From NCBI GenBank assembly GCA_963662285.2, contig CAXXMV010000002.1:1248001-1312000 (forward strand): a stretch of DNA of 64,000 bases, in the 5' to 3' direction. The notes beneath the pieces are model-generated. The model was not told the origin of the DNA. It saw only the letters and a program-made list of their open reading frames with translations, and did no database searches. Position 1 is the first letter of the stretch. Every line of letters begins with the position of its first letter. This document shows positions 48,130-57,631 of the stretch, piece by piece. The position numbers were made by a program, and so were the translations under genes. Origin of the DNA: a bacterium (GTDB lineage Bacteria > Hinthialibacterota > Hinthialibacteria > Hinthialibacterales > Hinthialibacteraceae).

Positions 48130-48170
48130 CATCAAGGGCTGACCGCATTGCGGTCTTGCCCTTGGCACCC
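48130..48170. repeat. palindromic dispersed repeat (CAAGGG...CCCTTG family), copy 2
   Basis: CATCAAGGGCTGACCGCATTGCGGTCTTGCCCTTGGCACCC. Confidence 0.85.
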
Positions 48171-48212
48171 ATGCTTTGGATTAATATTTGACAAAATAGT
48201 ATTCAGATAGGT

Positions 48213-49019
48213 ATGAATGACAAAACAATGAAAACTATAAATACAAAACAGATAAATTCTCTGGTTTTATACATAGCATGGTTTGGCGCATTGGCTATTC
48301 TGGCGGTATTTCTGTTTTTGAATGATGCCCAAGCGGAGCAGAAACTCAGTAAAGCCCGTATTCCAGGAGGCCAGGCGATAGATAAGGCGGCCAAGGTATG
48401 GGATGTTATATATGACTATCAGGCGGTTCTGCAACATACCGCCAAGTATCAAAATGGCAGAGTTAAGCAATTTTCGGCGCGGGCTTTTATGACCCGGCCC
48501 ATCAAAGAGAAAAGCGATGTGGAATCATCTTTTTTGTTAGAATTGTTTGAGGGAGAATCCGGTATACCTAAAGATGCTACTCCAACCAAAATTTATTACG
48601 CCGACGCTGGACAAAATTTCTATACCATTAATCCCAAAACCAACACTATCACTATAGAAAAAATGAATGAGCAAACCAGCCCGTTGCCGGAAGAATTCAT
48701 GTATCTGGCGGGTTTTCTGGATTTTGATATCAAAGAGTTTAAAGAGAAAGCCTATATTCATAGCGATGTATATCAGGAAACTATTGATGAAGTTTCTACC
48801 TATAGGATTTTGATTAAACCGCGTAAGGCTAAAAGCGATATCGAACCGCCCCGTTATCTGTGGATCGACCGTGAAACCAGTCTGCCCAAGCAGTTTTTGA
48901 TTGAGGGCGACGTCGAAGCGACCATACTCTTTTCTGATACTTTGATTAATCAGGGATTAAAGAGTGAGGAATTGGTTCCCGATGTTCCTAAGAATGCTAT
49001 TATTGATGATAAGAGGTGA
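48213..49019 (+). CDS. LolA-like exported protein
   Basis: N-terminal TM/signal; TYRILIKP..LWIDRETSLP..TILFSDTLINQGL C-terminal pattern. Confidence 0.55.
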   Translation: MNDKTMKTINTKQINSLVLYIAWFGALAILAVFLFLNDAQAEQKLSKARIPGGQAIDKAAKVWDVIYDYQAVLQHTAKYQNGRVKQFSARAFMTRPIKEKSDVESSFLLELFEGESGIPKDATPTKIYYADAGQNFYTINPKTNTITIEKMNEQTSPLPEEFMYLAGFLDFDIKEFKEKAYIHSDVYQETIDEVSTYRILIKPRKAKSDIEPPRYLWIDRETSLPKQFLIEGDVEATILFSDTLINQGLKSEELVPDVPKNAIIDDKR

Positions 49020-49047
49020 ATTGGATTTCATGTGATTGGGTTTTTGT

Positions 49048-49133
49048 GTAGGGGCGTCTCTTGTGGGCGCCCGGATCACGCATCAACCATAGGTGGAAAT
49101 CATATTCGGGTAACCACAAGGGATTACCCCTAC
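49048..49133. repeat. GTAG-type REP doublet (inverted pair)
   Basis: GTAGGGGCGTCTCTTGTGGGCGCCC ... GGGTAACCACAAGGGATTACCCCTAC; a decayed copy lies near 53901-53932. Confidence 0.75.
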
Positions 49134-49202
49134 GGCGGGTGGAAGGATTATCTGGATTCTATGTGATCCGGTTATTGTAATATTTAAGAATTGATCATTT
49201 GC

Positions 49203-49301
49203 TAAGGTGGTTCTTATCAACCCTCACCTAGCCTCTCCCAATCTTGGGAGAGGAATACTGTTCCACCCAACAACCTGCTTAAACCTAAAATCCCTCTCCC
49301 C
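49203..49301. repeat. CCCTC..CTCTCCCAA-TC-TTGGGAGAGG repeat, copy A
   Basis: Core 49221-49256 matches 52378-52413 at 34/36 nt; flanks also similar. Confidence 0.85.
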
Positions 49302-49337
49302 TTATAATCGAATTACCATTTTTTAAGGATCAACAAC

Positions 49338-50981
49338 TCATGTGGGGGTATGGATGCTGGGATCGAATTTCTCGAAAGCCCATGCTATGCATTGAACCAC
49401 CGCGAATCCGCAGCCGGTTAGCAGCGTGAAACTGATAGCTAAGAAGACCAATATGCTTTTGTTACTCAAGAAATAGCCGCCTACTCCAAGCCCGATGATG
49501 CTGCCCATGATTAATATGATGACTATGAATTTCAAGAAGAAAACCACCATCATTCTGCCGAAGCCTTGAAAATCTCCGGGGCCGACCTTGGCGATGCGTA
49601 CGGGATATAGCAGGAAAATTATATTTTCCAGCCCGAAAAGTAGAAGGTTGAAGGATGGCGCCAGCAGTATTCCGGCTAATAATAATGAGAAATTATTCTT
49701 CACGCCAATCGCCAAACCTCCAAATATAATCATTTCGAGCATGGATACAATCAATACTGGAGTTAAAACCTGACCTATGGCGATAGGCAGTGAATCAATC
49801 GGAATCATCTTTATCCAATCCATGCGGTCGATGTCGCTGCGGAAATCGAAGGGAAACCATTGAGTTAAGAAGATGCTGTACATAGTGATGATGATAAGAA
49901 AGAAAGGCACGCTTTCATCGGATACGCCTTTCATGACGATCATTGGTCCGATGCCCATGCTTACGATAAATAATAGAAGCAGTACGCCTTTGGAATTGCG
50001 CATGGCGGTGGTCAATTGGCGCCATAGTATTGGTCCAGCGCCGCCAAGCCAGGGAAGAAGGGGAAGGCTCCATTTGGCGGTTTTTCTATTGGAACTTATG
50101 GCCGCCACACCGCCTTGTCTCATGCGTTCTAACTTGGCGTATTTCTTTTCTGATACGGATAGAGAGGTTTCAAGGTAATTGGCGTCCAGCGAGATAACGC
50201 AGCAAAACAGCAATATATCTATACCGGCTGCGGCGGAACCCCAGATAAGTAGATCATAGAATGACGGCGCCATTACAGTACGTACAAACACATCGAAGGG
50301 CGCGAGGATTACGCCGCCGTACCAATTGTCTCTGACCATCTGCGCCAGAACCAGCGGTTTCAATAGAAGTTCCTGGGCAGCCTGCCAGTCGATTCCTTTC
50401 CATAATCCAATAATGATAAGCACGCCGATGGTTAACAGGATATTTTTTCTGGGAAGAGTATAGGCGTGTTTACTTACTATCAAACTTATAAAGGCGACTA
50501 TCATGCTGAAGAAATGCAGGAAAAGCAGGATGAAGAAAATCCCCAGATAACATGCGATATATAAATTAGTAAAACGCATAAAAAAACACGACATGAATAG
50601 CGCAACGAATATGATGTTCATCACACTGGTGATAATTTTATAGATCACCAGATCACGTCGCTTAAAAGGTCCGGGGAAAAGGAACTCAATTTCTCCGGCT
50701 GTAAAATAAATAGCTTTGGATTTGATCGCACTAGCTAAGGCGAGCAGGCAAAACACCAGAAGCAGGAAAGGCAAAAAGGCGCTGATATATGGCGCGGCGA
50801 TCTCACGGGATTTTGTATCGGTGAAGGCCATTAATATTGATGGCCCGATCCATAAGATGAATACGATAAGGCCAACCAGAAAGTACATCACGCCGCGCAA
50901 TGTTTTTAAGCTGCGTAGGGCGCGCCGGATTTTGCTCATGTATTGAGATTTAATCAGTAATGGAAGCGCGGGATGTATCAT
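49338..50981 (-). CDS. putative ABC exporter permease
   Basis: About 12 TM; FTAGEIEFLFPGP, DFRSDIDRM; coupled to the ATPase gene. Confidence 0.8.
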   Translation of the reverse strand: MIHPALPLLIKSQYMSKIRRALRSLKTLRGVMYFLVGLIVFILWIGPSILMAFTDTKSREIAAPYISAFLPFLLLVFCLLALASAIKSKAIYFTAGEIEFLFPGPFKRRDLVIYKIITSVMNIIFVALFMSCFFMRFTNLYIACYLGIFFILLFLHFFSMIVAFISLIVSKHAYTLPRKNILLTIGVLIIIGLWKGIDWQAAQELLLKPLVLAQMVRDNWYGGVILAPFDVFVRTVMAPSFYDLLIWGSAAAGIDILLFCCVISLDANYLETSLSVSEKKYAKLERMRQGGVAAISSNRKTAKWSLPLLPWLGGAGPILWRQLTTAMRNSKGVLLLLFIVSMGIGPMIVMKGVSDESVPFFLIIITMYSIFLTQWFPFDFRSDIDRMDWIKMIPIDSLPIAIGQVLTPVLIVSMLEMIIFGGLAIGVKNNFSLLLAGILLAPSFNLLLFGLENIIFLLYPVRIAKVGPGDFQGFGRMMVVFFLKFIVIILIMGSIIGLGVGGYFLSNKSILVFLAISFTLLTGCGFAVVQCIAWAFEKFDPSIHTPT

Positions 50982-51793
50982 TATTTATTATCCAATGGTT
51001 TCTCAGCCGTATAGTTATCTTCGGTGGCGCGGAAGAAGACTTCTTCGAGCGAGGCGTCGCCTTCCTGATCTTTGAATTGCCGCCGCGCTTCATCGACGCT
51101 GCCGAAGAAGATGCGCTGGCCGCGATGCAGAATGAGCAGGTGAGAGCAGAGGTCTTCGACCAGCGACAACAGATGCGAACTGATTATTACGGCGGCGCCG
51201 GATTGGGCATGTTCGACGATAGAGGCTTTTAATGAGCGGATAGCCCGCGGGTCGAGACCAGTCAGCGGCTCGTCGAACAGGATGATGCGCGGGTCGTGCA
51301 GGTAAGCGCAGCAGATGGCGACCTTCTGTCTCATGCCGCGTGATAATTCCACCGCGATGGAATCGCGCTTTTCTTCTAAATCGAAGCGTTGCAGCAGCTG
51401 ATTCGCTTTATCTTCATAATCTTTCACCCTATAGGCCGATGCGATGAACTTTATGTGTTCCCAGATGGTGAGCGAATCGAATAAGCGGGGATCATCGGGT
51501 ACGTAGGCCAGTTGACGCTTAGCTGCTACCGGGTCTGACAGTATATCGTTGCCGGAGATTAATAGTTCGCCTCGTGTGGGGGTGATGATGCCGCACACCG
51601 CCCGAAGGGTGGTGGTTTTGCCCGCGCCATTGGGGCCTACCAATCCCAGGATGTCACCTGCACGCACCTCAAAACTGAGGTCTTCGACCGCTACTGTTTC
51701 GCGATATTGTTTATGATAGTTTTTGACATCGACCAAGGCGTGGTTTTGAGGGCGGTCAGTATTAATATGCTGCTCGGTATGATTATTTGTCAT
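50981..51793 (-). CDS. ABC transporter ATP-binding protein
   Basis: GPNGAGKT, LSRGM, LFDEP, SSH. Confidence 0.95.
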   Translation of the reverse strand: MTNNHTEQHINTDRPQNHALVDVKNYHKQYRETVAVEDLSFEVRAGDILGLVGPNGAGKTTTLRAVCGIITPTRGELLISGNDILSDPVAAKRQLAYVPDDPRLFDSLTIWEHIKFIASAYRVKDYEDKANQLLQRFDLEEKRDSIAVELSRGMRQKVAICCAYLHDPRIILFDEPLTGLDPRAIRSLKASIVEHAQSGAAVIISSHLLSLVEDLCSHLLILHRGQRIFFGSVDEARRQFKDQEGDASLEEVFFRATEDNYTAEKPLDNK

Positions 51794-51850
51794 ATTTATC
51801 TCTCGTATAGCTCTCGTGCGTTTGGCGTGACATCATTGCTTCGGGTTATG

Positions 51851-52330
51851 CTATTCTCTTCCTTCAGGTTTAGGGCGCAGTTTTTTGCCGTCCAGCCAAC
51901 CTTCAGAGGCATTGTCGATATGATCGAATTTTGGAGCATAGGGCTTTATGTCGATCAATGGAGAACCATCTAATATATCTATACGACTCACATCAATGAT
52001 ATTTTTATTGCGTCCTTCAAGTTTGACGATTGAGAGGCCGATTTTATTCGGCCTGAATGGGTGTCTCATGGCGAAGATACCGTGAGGAGCATCATCCATG
52101 AAGGGATACCGGACTAATGTTGTCTCATCAGCCCGGTCAAAATGGTAGAGCAGAATGAGGTGAGAGAACATCTCAATATCCAGTAAGCCCTCTTCGTATT
52201 CAGGAAATACTTCGATTCGCCCTTTACCTTCAGGCTTGGCGCAGCCCTGGATGGGGCACTCTTCCTTAGTCTTGTATGGTGAGTGGATTATTCCAATGGG
52301 TTGAATGATGTGTTGTGTTTTTTTATTCAT
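51851..52330 (-). CDS. tsaA: TrmO/TsaA-family SAM-binding protein (tRNA m6t6A methyltransferase family)
   Basis: PIGIIHSPY, FSHLILLYHF, GIFAMRHPFRPNKIGLS, DGSPLIDIKPY. Confidence 0.88.
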   Translation of the reverse strand: MNKKTQHIIQPIGIIHSPYKTKEECPIQGCAKPEGKGRIEVFPEYEEGLLDIEMFSHLILLYHFDRADETTLVRYPFMDDAPHGIFAMRHPFRPNKIGLSIVKLEGRNKNIIDVSRIDILDGSPLIDIKPYAPKFDHIDNASEGWLDGKKLRPKPEGRE

Positions 52331-52358
52331 GGTATCTTTCTGGTTGGTGATTTCTGTA

Positions 52359-52510
52359 TAAGGGTGGTCGCAATCAATCCTCTCCTAGCCTCTCCCAATC
52401 TTGGGAGAGGAATGTTTTGCTACAGTGTTTTATACGACTAAAAAAAACAATATATCTGGTTATTTTTCCAAAATCCCTCTCCGCCAAGTTGGGGGAGAAT
52501 TCAAGAGGGG
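52359..52510. repeat. CCCTC..CTCTCCCAA-TC-TTGGGAGAGG repeat, copy B with second hairpin
   Basis: Core 52378-52413; second arm AATCCCTCTCCGCCAAGTTGGGGGAG..GAGGGG. Confidence 0.85.
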
Positions 52511-52553
52511 ATTGTTTTCAAAACATTGGATATTCCAATTGATACTATAACAA

Positions 52554-53096
52554 TTATTTGTGGTTAGAGAAATAGTTCTCGATCCATTGGGCCGCGTCAT
52601 CGATATTATCAACCATGGTTAACATGTCGAGTTGCTTTTGTTTAATTTCGGTATGTTCTTGTAAGGCTAAAACGGCCTGTTTCATGTTATCACCGACTAT
52701 CAGAACAGGTTTATCCCATCCGGTAACTACCAGGTTCCAGGCCAGCAGCAGTTCAGCCATTGTGCCGATGCTGCCATCTAGGACGATATAGGCATCTGCC
52801 AGACGCATCAGGGTGGTTATTCGCTCTATCAGATCATTAGTGTTAATAGTATCAGTAAGATATGGGTTGGGAGAACGTTTTGTGAAAGCTGCGCAGATTA
52901 CTCCGGTAATTTGTCCGTTCACTGAATGGGCGCCCCTGCTGCATGCTTCCATGACGCCGGTGTATCCGCCGTTGCAGATTTTGAATTGCGCTTCGGTCAA
53001 GAGTTTGCCTAATTGCTCAGCCTGTTGCGCTTCATGGCTGTCTTGAGAAATGGCGGAACTGCCGTAAACTGCTATGGTTTTACTGAATGGTTCCAT
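52554..53096 (-). CDS. LOG family (Rossmann-fold nucleotide-binding) protein
   Basis: IAVYGSS, NGGYTGVMEA, ERITTL, GSIGTMAEL. Confidence 0.85.
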   Translation of the reverse strand: MEPFSKTIAVYGSSAISQDSHEAQQAEQLGKLLTEAQFKICNGGYTGVMEACSRGAHSVNGQITGVICAAFTKRSPNPYLTDTINTNDLIERITTLMRLADAYIVLDGSIGTMAELLLAWNLVVTGWDKPVLIVGDNMKQAVLALQEHTEIKQKQLDMLTMVDNIDDAAQWIENYFSNHK

Positions 53097-53167
53097 AATG
53101 AGTATCTACCCTTTTTTATTGAATTGTTTATATGGGAATTAAAATACCGGTATTATTGAAATAAAAT

Positions 53168-53212
53168 AGGTGAACTCAATCAAGGGTAGAAACTACACTA
53201 CCCTTGGCGCCC
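53168..53212. repeat. CAAGGG...CCCTTG family, copy 3 (variant loop)
   Basis: AGGTGAACTCAATCAAGGGTAG-AAACTACA-CTACCCTTGGCGCCC; flanks match 18371-18438. Confidence 0.65.
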
Positions 53213-53398
53213 TGTATATTGAACATAATTTCAACTAAAATTTTAATTAAGACATAATATCATTATGCTTTATATAATGGAATTGGCTTTATGCTTGAAA
53301 TAGCGATTAGCTATACTATAATTAAAGAGTAGTTCATTTTCGATATAAGACCGAGAAAATGAAAGTTGTAAGAGATAGATTATTTGGAGCAACTCATC

Positions 53399-53896
53399 AT
53401 GGCGACTATGCAAATCACAATTTATGGCAATGAAGTTTTACGAAAAAAAACGCGTTTTATAAAAGTATTTGATAAACGTCTTAATAAAGTAATCCAGGAT
53501 ATGTTTCATACCATGTATGAAGCCAATGGCATTGGGTTGGCGGCGCCGCAGGTTGGACTATCAAGAAAAATAATTGTACTGGATACCCAGGAGGGTGATA
53601 AGTACGCAATGACCAATCCCAAGATCGTTTGGACCAGCGAAGAGGAAGACACCATGAATGAGGGATGTCTATCTGTTCCTGATGTTGAGGGAGATGTGAC
53701 TCGTCCTGAATCGATCAGAGTGAGATTCAATGATCCTGATACCGGTGAAGAGAAAGAGATGGAAGCATCCGGTCTTCTGGCGCGAGTTATTCAGCATGAA
53801 ACCGATCATTTGAACGGCATTTTATTTGTTGATCACCTGTCAGAAAAAGACAAACGCGCCCAAGCCAGAAAATTACAGGAAATGGCAGTTGTATAG
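53399..53896 (+). CDS. def: peptide deformylase
   Basis: GIGLAAPQVG, EGCLS, QHETDHLNG. Confidence 0.97.
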   Translation: MATMQITIYGNEVLRKKTRFIKVFDKRLNKVIQDMFHTMYEANGIGLAAPQVGLSRKIIVLDTQEGDKYAMTNPKIVWTSEEEDTMNEGCLSVPDVEGDVTRPESIRVRFNDPDTGEEKEMEASGLLARVIQHETDHLNGILFVDHLSEKDKRAQARKLQEMAVV

Positions 53897-54177
53897 AATG
53901 CTCTTGTGGACGATGCTCTTGATTACCCCTACCCCATAGGCTTTTGTCAAATAGTAATTTAACCGTATTTAAATCTCTTGTAATCAGATGTTTATCGTGA
54001 TTTCCGAAGACTCTTGCCATGAATTGCGCTTAATTTTGGTAAATCAACATAAAACTATTTGAGTGGATATGCGTTATATTGAGATATTAGAAATATAACG
54101 CTAGAGCGGTTAATAAGAGATTAAACAGTTTTTGTATTCGCTCTAAACCAATTTATGCAAAATTTAAGGAGAGAGTA

Positions 54178-55851
54178 ATGAAACGAATTACGCATTGCTT
54201 GATTATTATGGTAGGTTTTATGTTTATAGCGGGAAGCGCTGTTTGGAGCGAAGAGGCCTCCAGCACGCCGTTGCAGGCTGCGCCTAAGTATGCTGCGTTG
54301 TTTAAGAATGGCGTTGGGCTGGTTATATCTGAAATTGATGGCATCAATCAACCGGGGACATATCAGATAACTCCATTGCCTTCGGCTACATTCGGGAGCC
54401 TATGGTTCAGTTGGGAAGACGGGATTGAGTTTGATGGTATTATCGCCACCCAGGCTGAGACTATCGAGAAAATCCCCGCATCCAGCATCCCCGAACTTTT
54501 GGAAGCTAATATCGGCCATGAAGTTGAATTGTGGATCACTAAAAGAGATAAATGGGAAAAATTCAAAATTCTTGATGTACCCAAACGCCGGGAATCTCCT
54601 ATCCTTACGCCGCATCCTGAAAATGAAATTCCGCTTCTTCCTCCACGGGATAGGGGCGAAATTGTTGTGTTACAGGGCGGCGAATCCAAAGAAGCAATTC
54701 CCTTGCATTGGATTGAATCAATCCGCATGTTTCCCGGTGAGCAAATTTTGATGATTGAACGTCCCAAAATGGAGAATGTAGTTCAGGTTAATGTAAAAGA
54801 TGGAAAATCAGGTAAATCAAAAAAAGCGTCAATGACATATATGGCTAAGGGGATTTCCTGGTCGCCCAGTTATATAGTGGATATCAGCAACGATGATAAG
54901 GCGGTCTTTTCTGCTAAAGCCATTATTATTAATGATTTAATTCCGCTTAAAAATACTAATCTAGAACTGATCGCCGGATATCCCCATATCGCGTTCAGTG
55001 AAGCCAACAGCGCTTTTTCGCTGTTACCGTTGAATCAGATACTTGAGCGGATTCGTAGTAGTGGAGATAGAGGAAGAAAGATGGCATTTCCTATGGCGAG
55101 CAATGTGGCTGTTCTATCTCAAAGATCGTATGCTTATGCGGATGCTGCTCCCGCGCCTAATATGCCCTCGACTCCGGTAATGGGTGAGAGTTCGGAAGAC
55201 TTGTATTTTTATCAGGTCAATGATGTGACGCTTAAAAAAGGCGAGCGGGGATATTATCCGCTTTTTGCCGGAGAGATTCCCTATGAGCATATCTATACCT
55301 GGGATATCCCTAATTATATCAACGAAGATACTAATTATAATAACCGGAATGATCAGGAATCGCCTCAGCAGGTGGTGTGGCATTCGTTGAAACTTACCAA
55401 TGTTTTGGATTCCCCTTGGACCACGGCGCCTGCCACCACTATGAAGGATGGGCGTATTATGGGGCAGGACACGGTTAACTTTACTCCCCAAAAGGCTTCG
55501 ACTGATCTGAAAATTACCCAGGCGGCATCAATTACAGCGGAACAGAATGAATATGAAACCAAGCGTCAGCGTGCTGCAGCCCAATTTTATGGGCGGAATT
55601 ATGATTTGGTCACGGTCAGCGGCAAACTTCAAGTCACCAATTATAAGAGTGAATCGGCGTCTATCAGGATAACCAAGAAATTGAGTGGTGAAATTCTAGA
55701 TCGTGATGGAGAACCTGAAGAAACCAAACTGGCTAAAGGTTTGCGGTCGGTTAATCCTGAATCACAGTTAATCTGGATAGTGGATGTTAAACCAGCTAAG
55801 GATAATGCGATTGAATTGAATTATACGTATCAGGTTTATGTTCGGGGATAG
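54178..55851 (+). CDS. secreted DUF4139/DUF4140-like protein
   Basis: Signal peptide; ALFKNGVG, TYMAKGISWSPSY, EDLYFY..VTLKKGE, terminal LNYTYQV. Confidence 0.65.
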   Translation: MKRITHCLIIMVGFMFIAGSAVWSEEASSTPLQAAPKYAALFKNGVGLVISEIDGINQPGTYQITPLPSATFGSLWFSWEDGIEFDGIIATQAETIEKIPASSIPELLEANIGHEVELWITKRDKWEKFKILDVPKRRESPILTPHPENEIPLLPPRDRGEIVVLQGGESKEAIPLHWIESIRMFPGEQILMIERPKMENVVQVNVKDGKSGKSKKASMTYMAKGISWSPSYIVDISNDDKAVFSAKAIIINDLIPLKNTNLELIAGYPHIAFSEANSAFSLLPLNQILERIRSSGDRGRKMAFPMASNVAVLSQRSYAYADAAPAPNMPSTPVMGESSEDLYFYQVNDVTLKKGERGYYPLFAGEIPYEHIYTWDIPNYINEDTNYNNRNDQESPQQVVWHSLKLTNVLDSPWTTAPATTMKDGRIMGQDTVNFTPQKASTDLKITQAASITAEQNEYETKRQRAAAQFYGRNYDLVTVSGKLQVTNYKSESASIRITKKLSGEILDRDGEPEETKLAKGLRSVNPESQLIWIVDVKPAKDNAIELNYTYQVYVRG

Positions 55852-55883
55852 ATTGGATTGAATTTGCAGGTTAAATTAATATA

Positions 55884-55920
55884 TAAAGAAGCCAGACGTT
55901 AATCGCGTCCGGCTTCTTTA
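55884..55920. terminator. bidirectional terminator
   Basis: TAAAGAAGCCAGACG-N7-CGTCCGGCTTCTTTA between convergent genes. Confidence 0.75.
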
Positions 55921-55945
55921 ATGTTTGCGTACTTTTTAATAATGA

Positions 55946-57370
55946 TTACTGAACTGATTGTTTACAGCAAGGAGCTGCCTTGGCGCTTGCCGTAAATTTA
56001 GGGCATGTCGCTGCCTTGTCGCAAGCGGCTGCTTTGTCGCAAGCGGCTGTCTTGGCGCAAGCGGCTGCATTGGCGCAAGTCGCTGCATTAGCGCAAGCGG
56101 TTTTTTTTGCGCAGGCGGCTGCTTTGGGGCAGTTAGCGCATGATAAATCTCGGATGCGGATATTGCGCCAGGCGACGCTGACCGGATTATCGCCATTGTA
56201 ACCATGTACTTGCAGGGCGATGAAGCCTTCTTTGGTCATGCCGTCTTCCAGATCAGCGGCGGGAACGTCGTTGACCCATGTCATGATCTTGTCGCCGACT
56301 GCCAGAACGCGGAATTTGTTCCACTGGCCGTTTTTGAAGGCTTGCTGGGCTTTGGGATTATCTTTCAGATCGTACAGCCAACCACGGCGGGCTTCATCAT
56401 AGATGCCACCGCTCCAGGCGCGTTCGGATGGATCGATTTCGACCTGATATCCATGCACCCGGCCATTTTGGTATTCTTTAAGGCTGTGGCTGCGAATCTG
56501 AACGCCGGAATTCATGGTTGGATCGACTTTGGCTTCATATTCCAACTCGAAGTCGGAGTACATTTTCTTGGTGCACATGAAAGAGTTGGGGCTGCCTTTA
56601 GCGGTTGTACCGATGACGACGCCGTCTTTCACTTCATAAGTAGCCGTGCCGTTGATTTGTTCCCAATTATCTAAATTCTCGCCATTGAACAATGGTTCCC
56701 ATTGTGGAGCGCAGGGCAGGGGTTTTACTCGGATGTTGGAATAAGCGATATAACTGCCGGGATCGTGACCCTGGAGCGCGAAAGTTCCACTGGAGAGGCA
56801 TTTGGGCGGTTTGGCGTCTTTTTCGATATAATTGACTACCGTTTTGCCATCAACTTTGATGACGACATGATCTTCCCAGACGGTGATGTGTTCGGTGAAC
56901 CATTTGTCGTCTTGGGCATATTGCTCCATGACGTCGTTGGTGTTATAAAGGCTGCCGGTTTTGCGGGGATCAGGGGCGTAGGTGTTGTTGACCTGAACTT
57001 CGTAACCCTGGCTGGGCCATCCTTCTTTGAGGTAGGCCGTATGGAAAAAGATGCCGCCATTGGCGTTAGGCTTGGTCTTGACGTCGACTTTCAACTCAAA
57101 ATTCCTGAAGTTATTGTCGAGGACGCCGCCAGTGTAGAATATATGGCTGCGTGAACCGTTAGCTATGATCTGGCCGTCTTTGAAAGAAAATGTTTCAGGG
57201 TGGTCTTCATTTACTTTCCAGTCATCGTAGTTAAGCCCATCGAATAACTGAATCCATCCGCCGCCGCATCCACTGCTTTTAGCGCAGCATTGGGCGCTGG
57301 ATGTCATGGGGATAAGGGCTAGGCATAGAATACTAGCAAGCGCGATAGTGATTCCAACTCTTCTGGTCAT
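55946..57370 (-). CDS. tandem DUF1080 (3-keto-disaccharide hydrolase-like) protein with Cys-repeat tail
   Basis: Two WxxLFxG...NxGI/V...GYEVQ/GYQVE...ALQGH/ALQVH...NIRV/I domains; signal peptide. Confidence 0.88.
   Translation of the reverse strand: MTRRVGITIALASILCLALIPMTSSAQCCAKSSGCGGGWIQLFDGLNYDDWKVNEDHPETFSFKDGQIIANGSRSHIFYTGGVLDNNFRNFELKVDVKTKPNANGGIFFHTAYLKEGWPSQGYEVQVNNTYAPDPRKTGSLYNTNDVMEQYAQDDKWFTEHITVWEDHVVIKVDGKTVVNYIEKDAKPPKCLSSGTFALQGHDPGSYIAYSNIRVKPLPCAPQWEPLFNGENLDNWEQINGTATYEVKDGVVIGTTAKGSPNSFMCTKKMYSDFELEYEAKVDPTMNSGVQIRSHSLKEYQNGRVHGYQVEIDPSERAWSGGIYDEARRGWLYDLKDNPKAQQAFKNGQWNKFRVLAVGDKIMTWVNDVPAADLEDGMTKEGFIALQVHGYNGDNPVSVAWRNIRIRDLSCANCPKAAACAKKTACANAATCANAAACAKTAACDKAAACDKAATCPKFTASAKAAPCCKQSVQ
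56003..56131 (-). repeat. 18-bp coding tandem repeat (7 units) encoding C-x5 repeats
   Basis: Plus-strand units such as GCAAGCGGCTGCTTTGTC; protein CPKAAA-CAKKTA-CANAAT-CANAAA-CAKTAA-CDKAAA-CDKAAT-C. Confidence 0.9.
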
Positions 57371-57631
57371 GCTTTAATTCTCCTTGTTTAATAATTTGAG
57401 TGCTTTACGGCAGTTTTGGTAATAAACTCCAAAAACGCTATAGTAAAACAATATCATGCTTGATTATTAAGGGAAGGTTAAGTGGATGGCGTATTGAATT
57501 TTTCGTGAAAGGGGAATATACCATTTATTGAGATGTTTTGATAATAGCTACATAACTAATAAAATTATTAAAACTGAAATAAACTATGCCTTATCCCCGT
57601 TAAACTAAATGGAACAATTTGGAGGTTTCTT

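Noticed and set aside
56003-56131. CRISPR array
   Set aside because: Units are contiguous, in-frame 18-bp coding repeats without spacers; no cas genes.
55936-56205. Repeat-rich short ORFs in alternative frames (QPLA, QAAAL, SGC repeats)
   Set aside because: By-products of the 18-bp repeat inside the DUF1080 gene.
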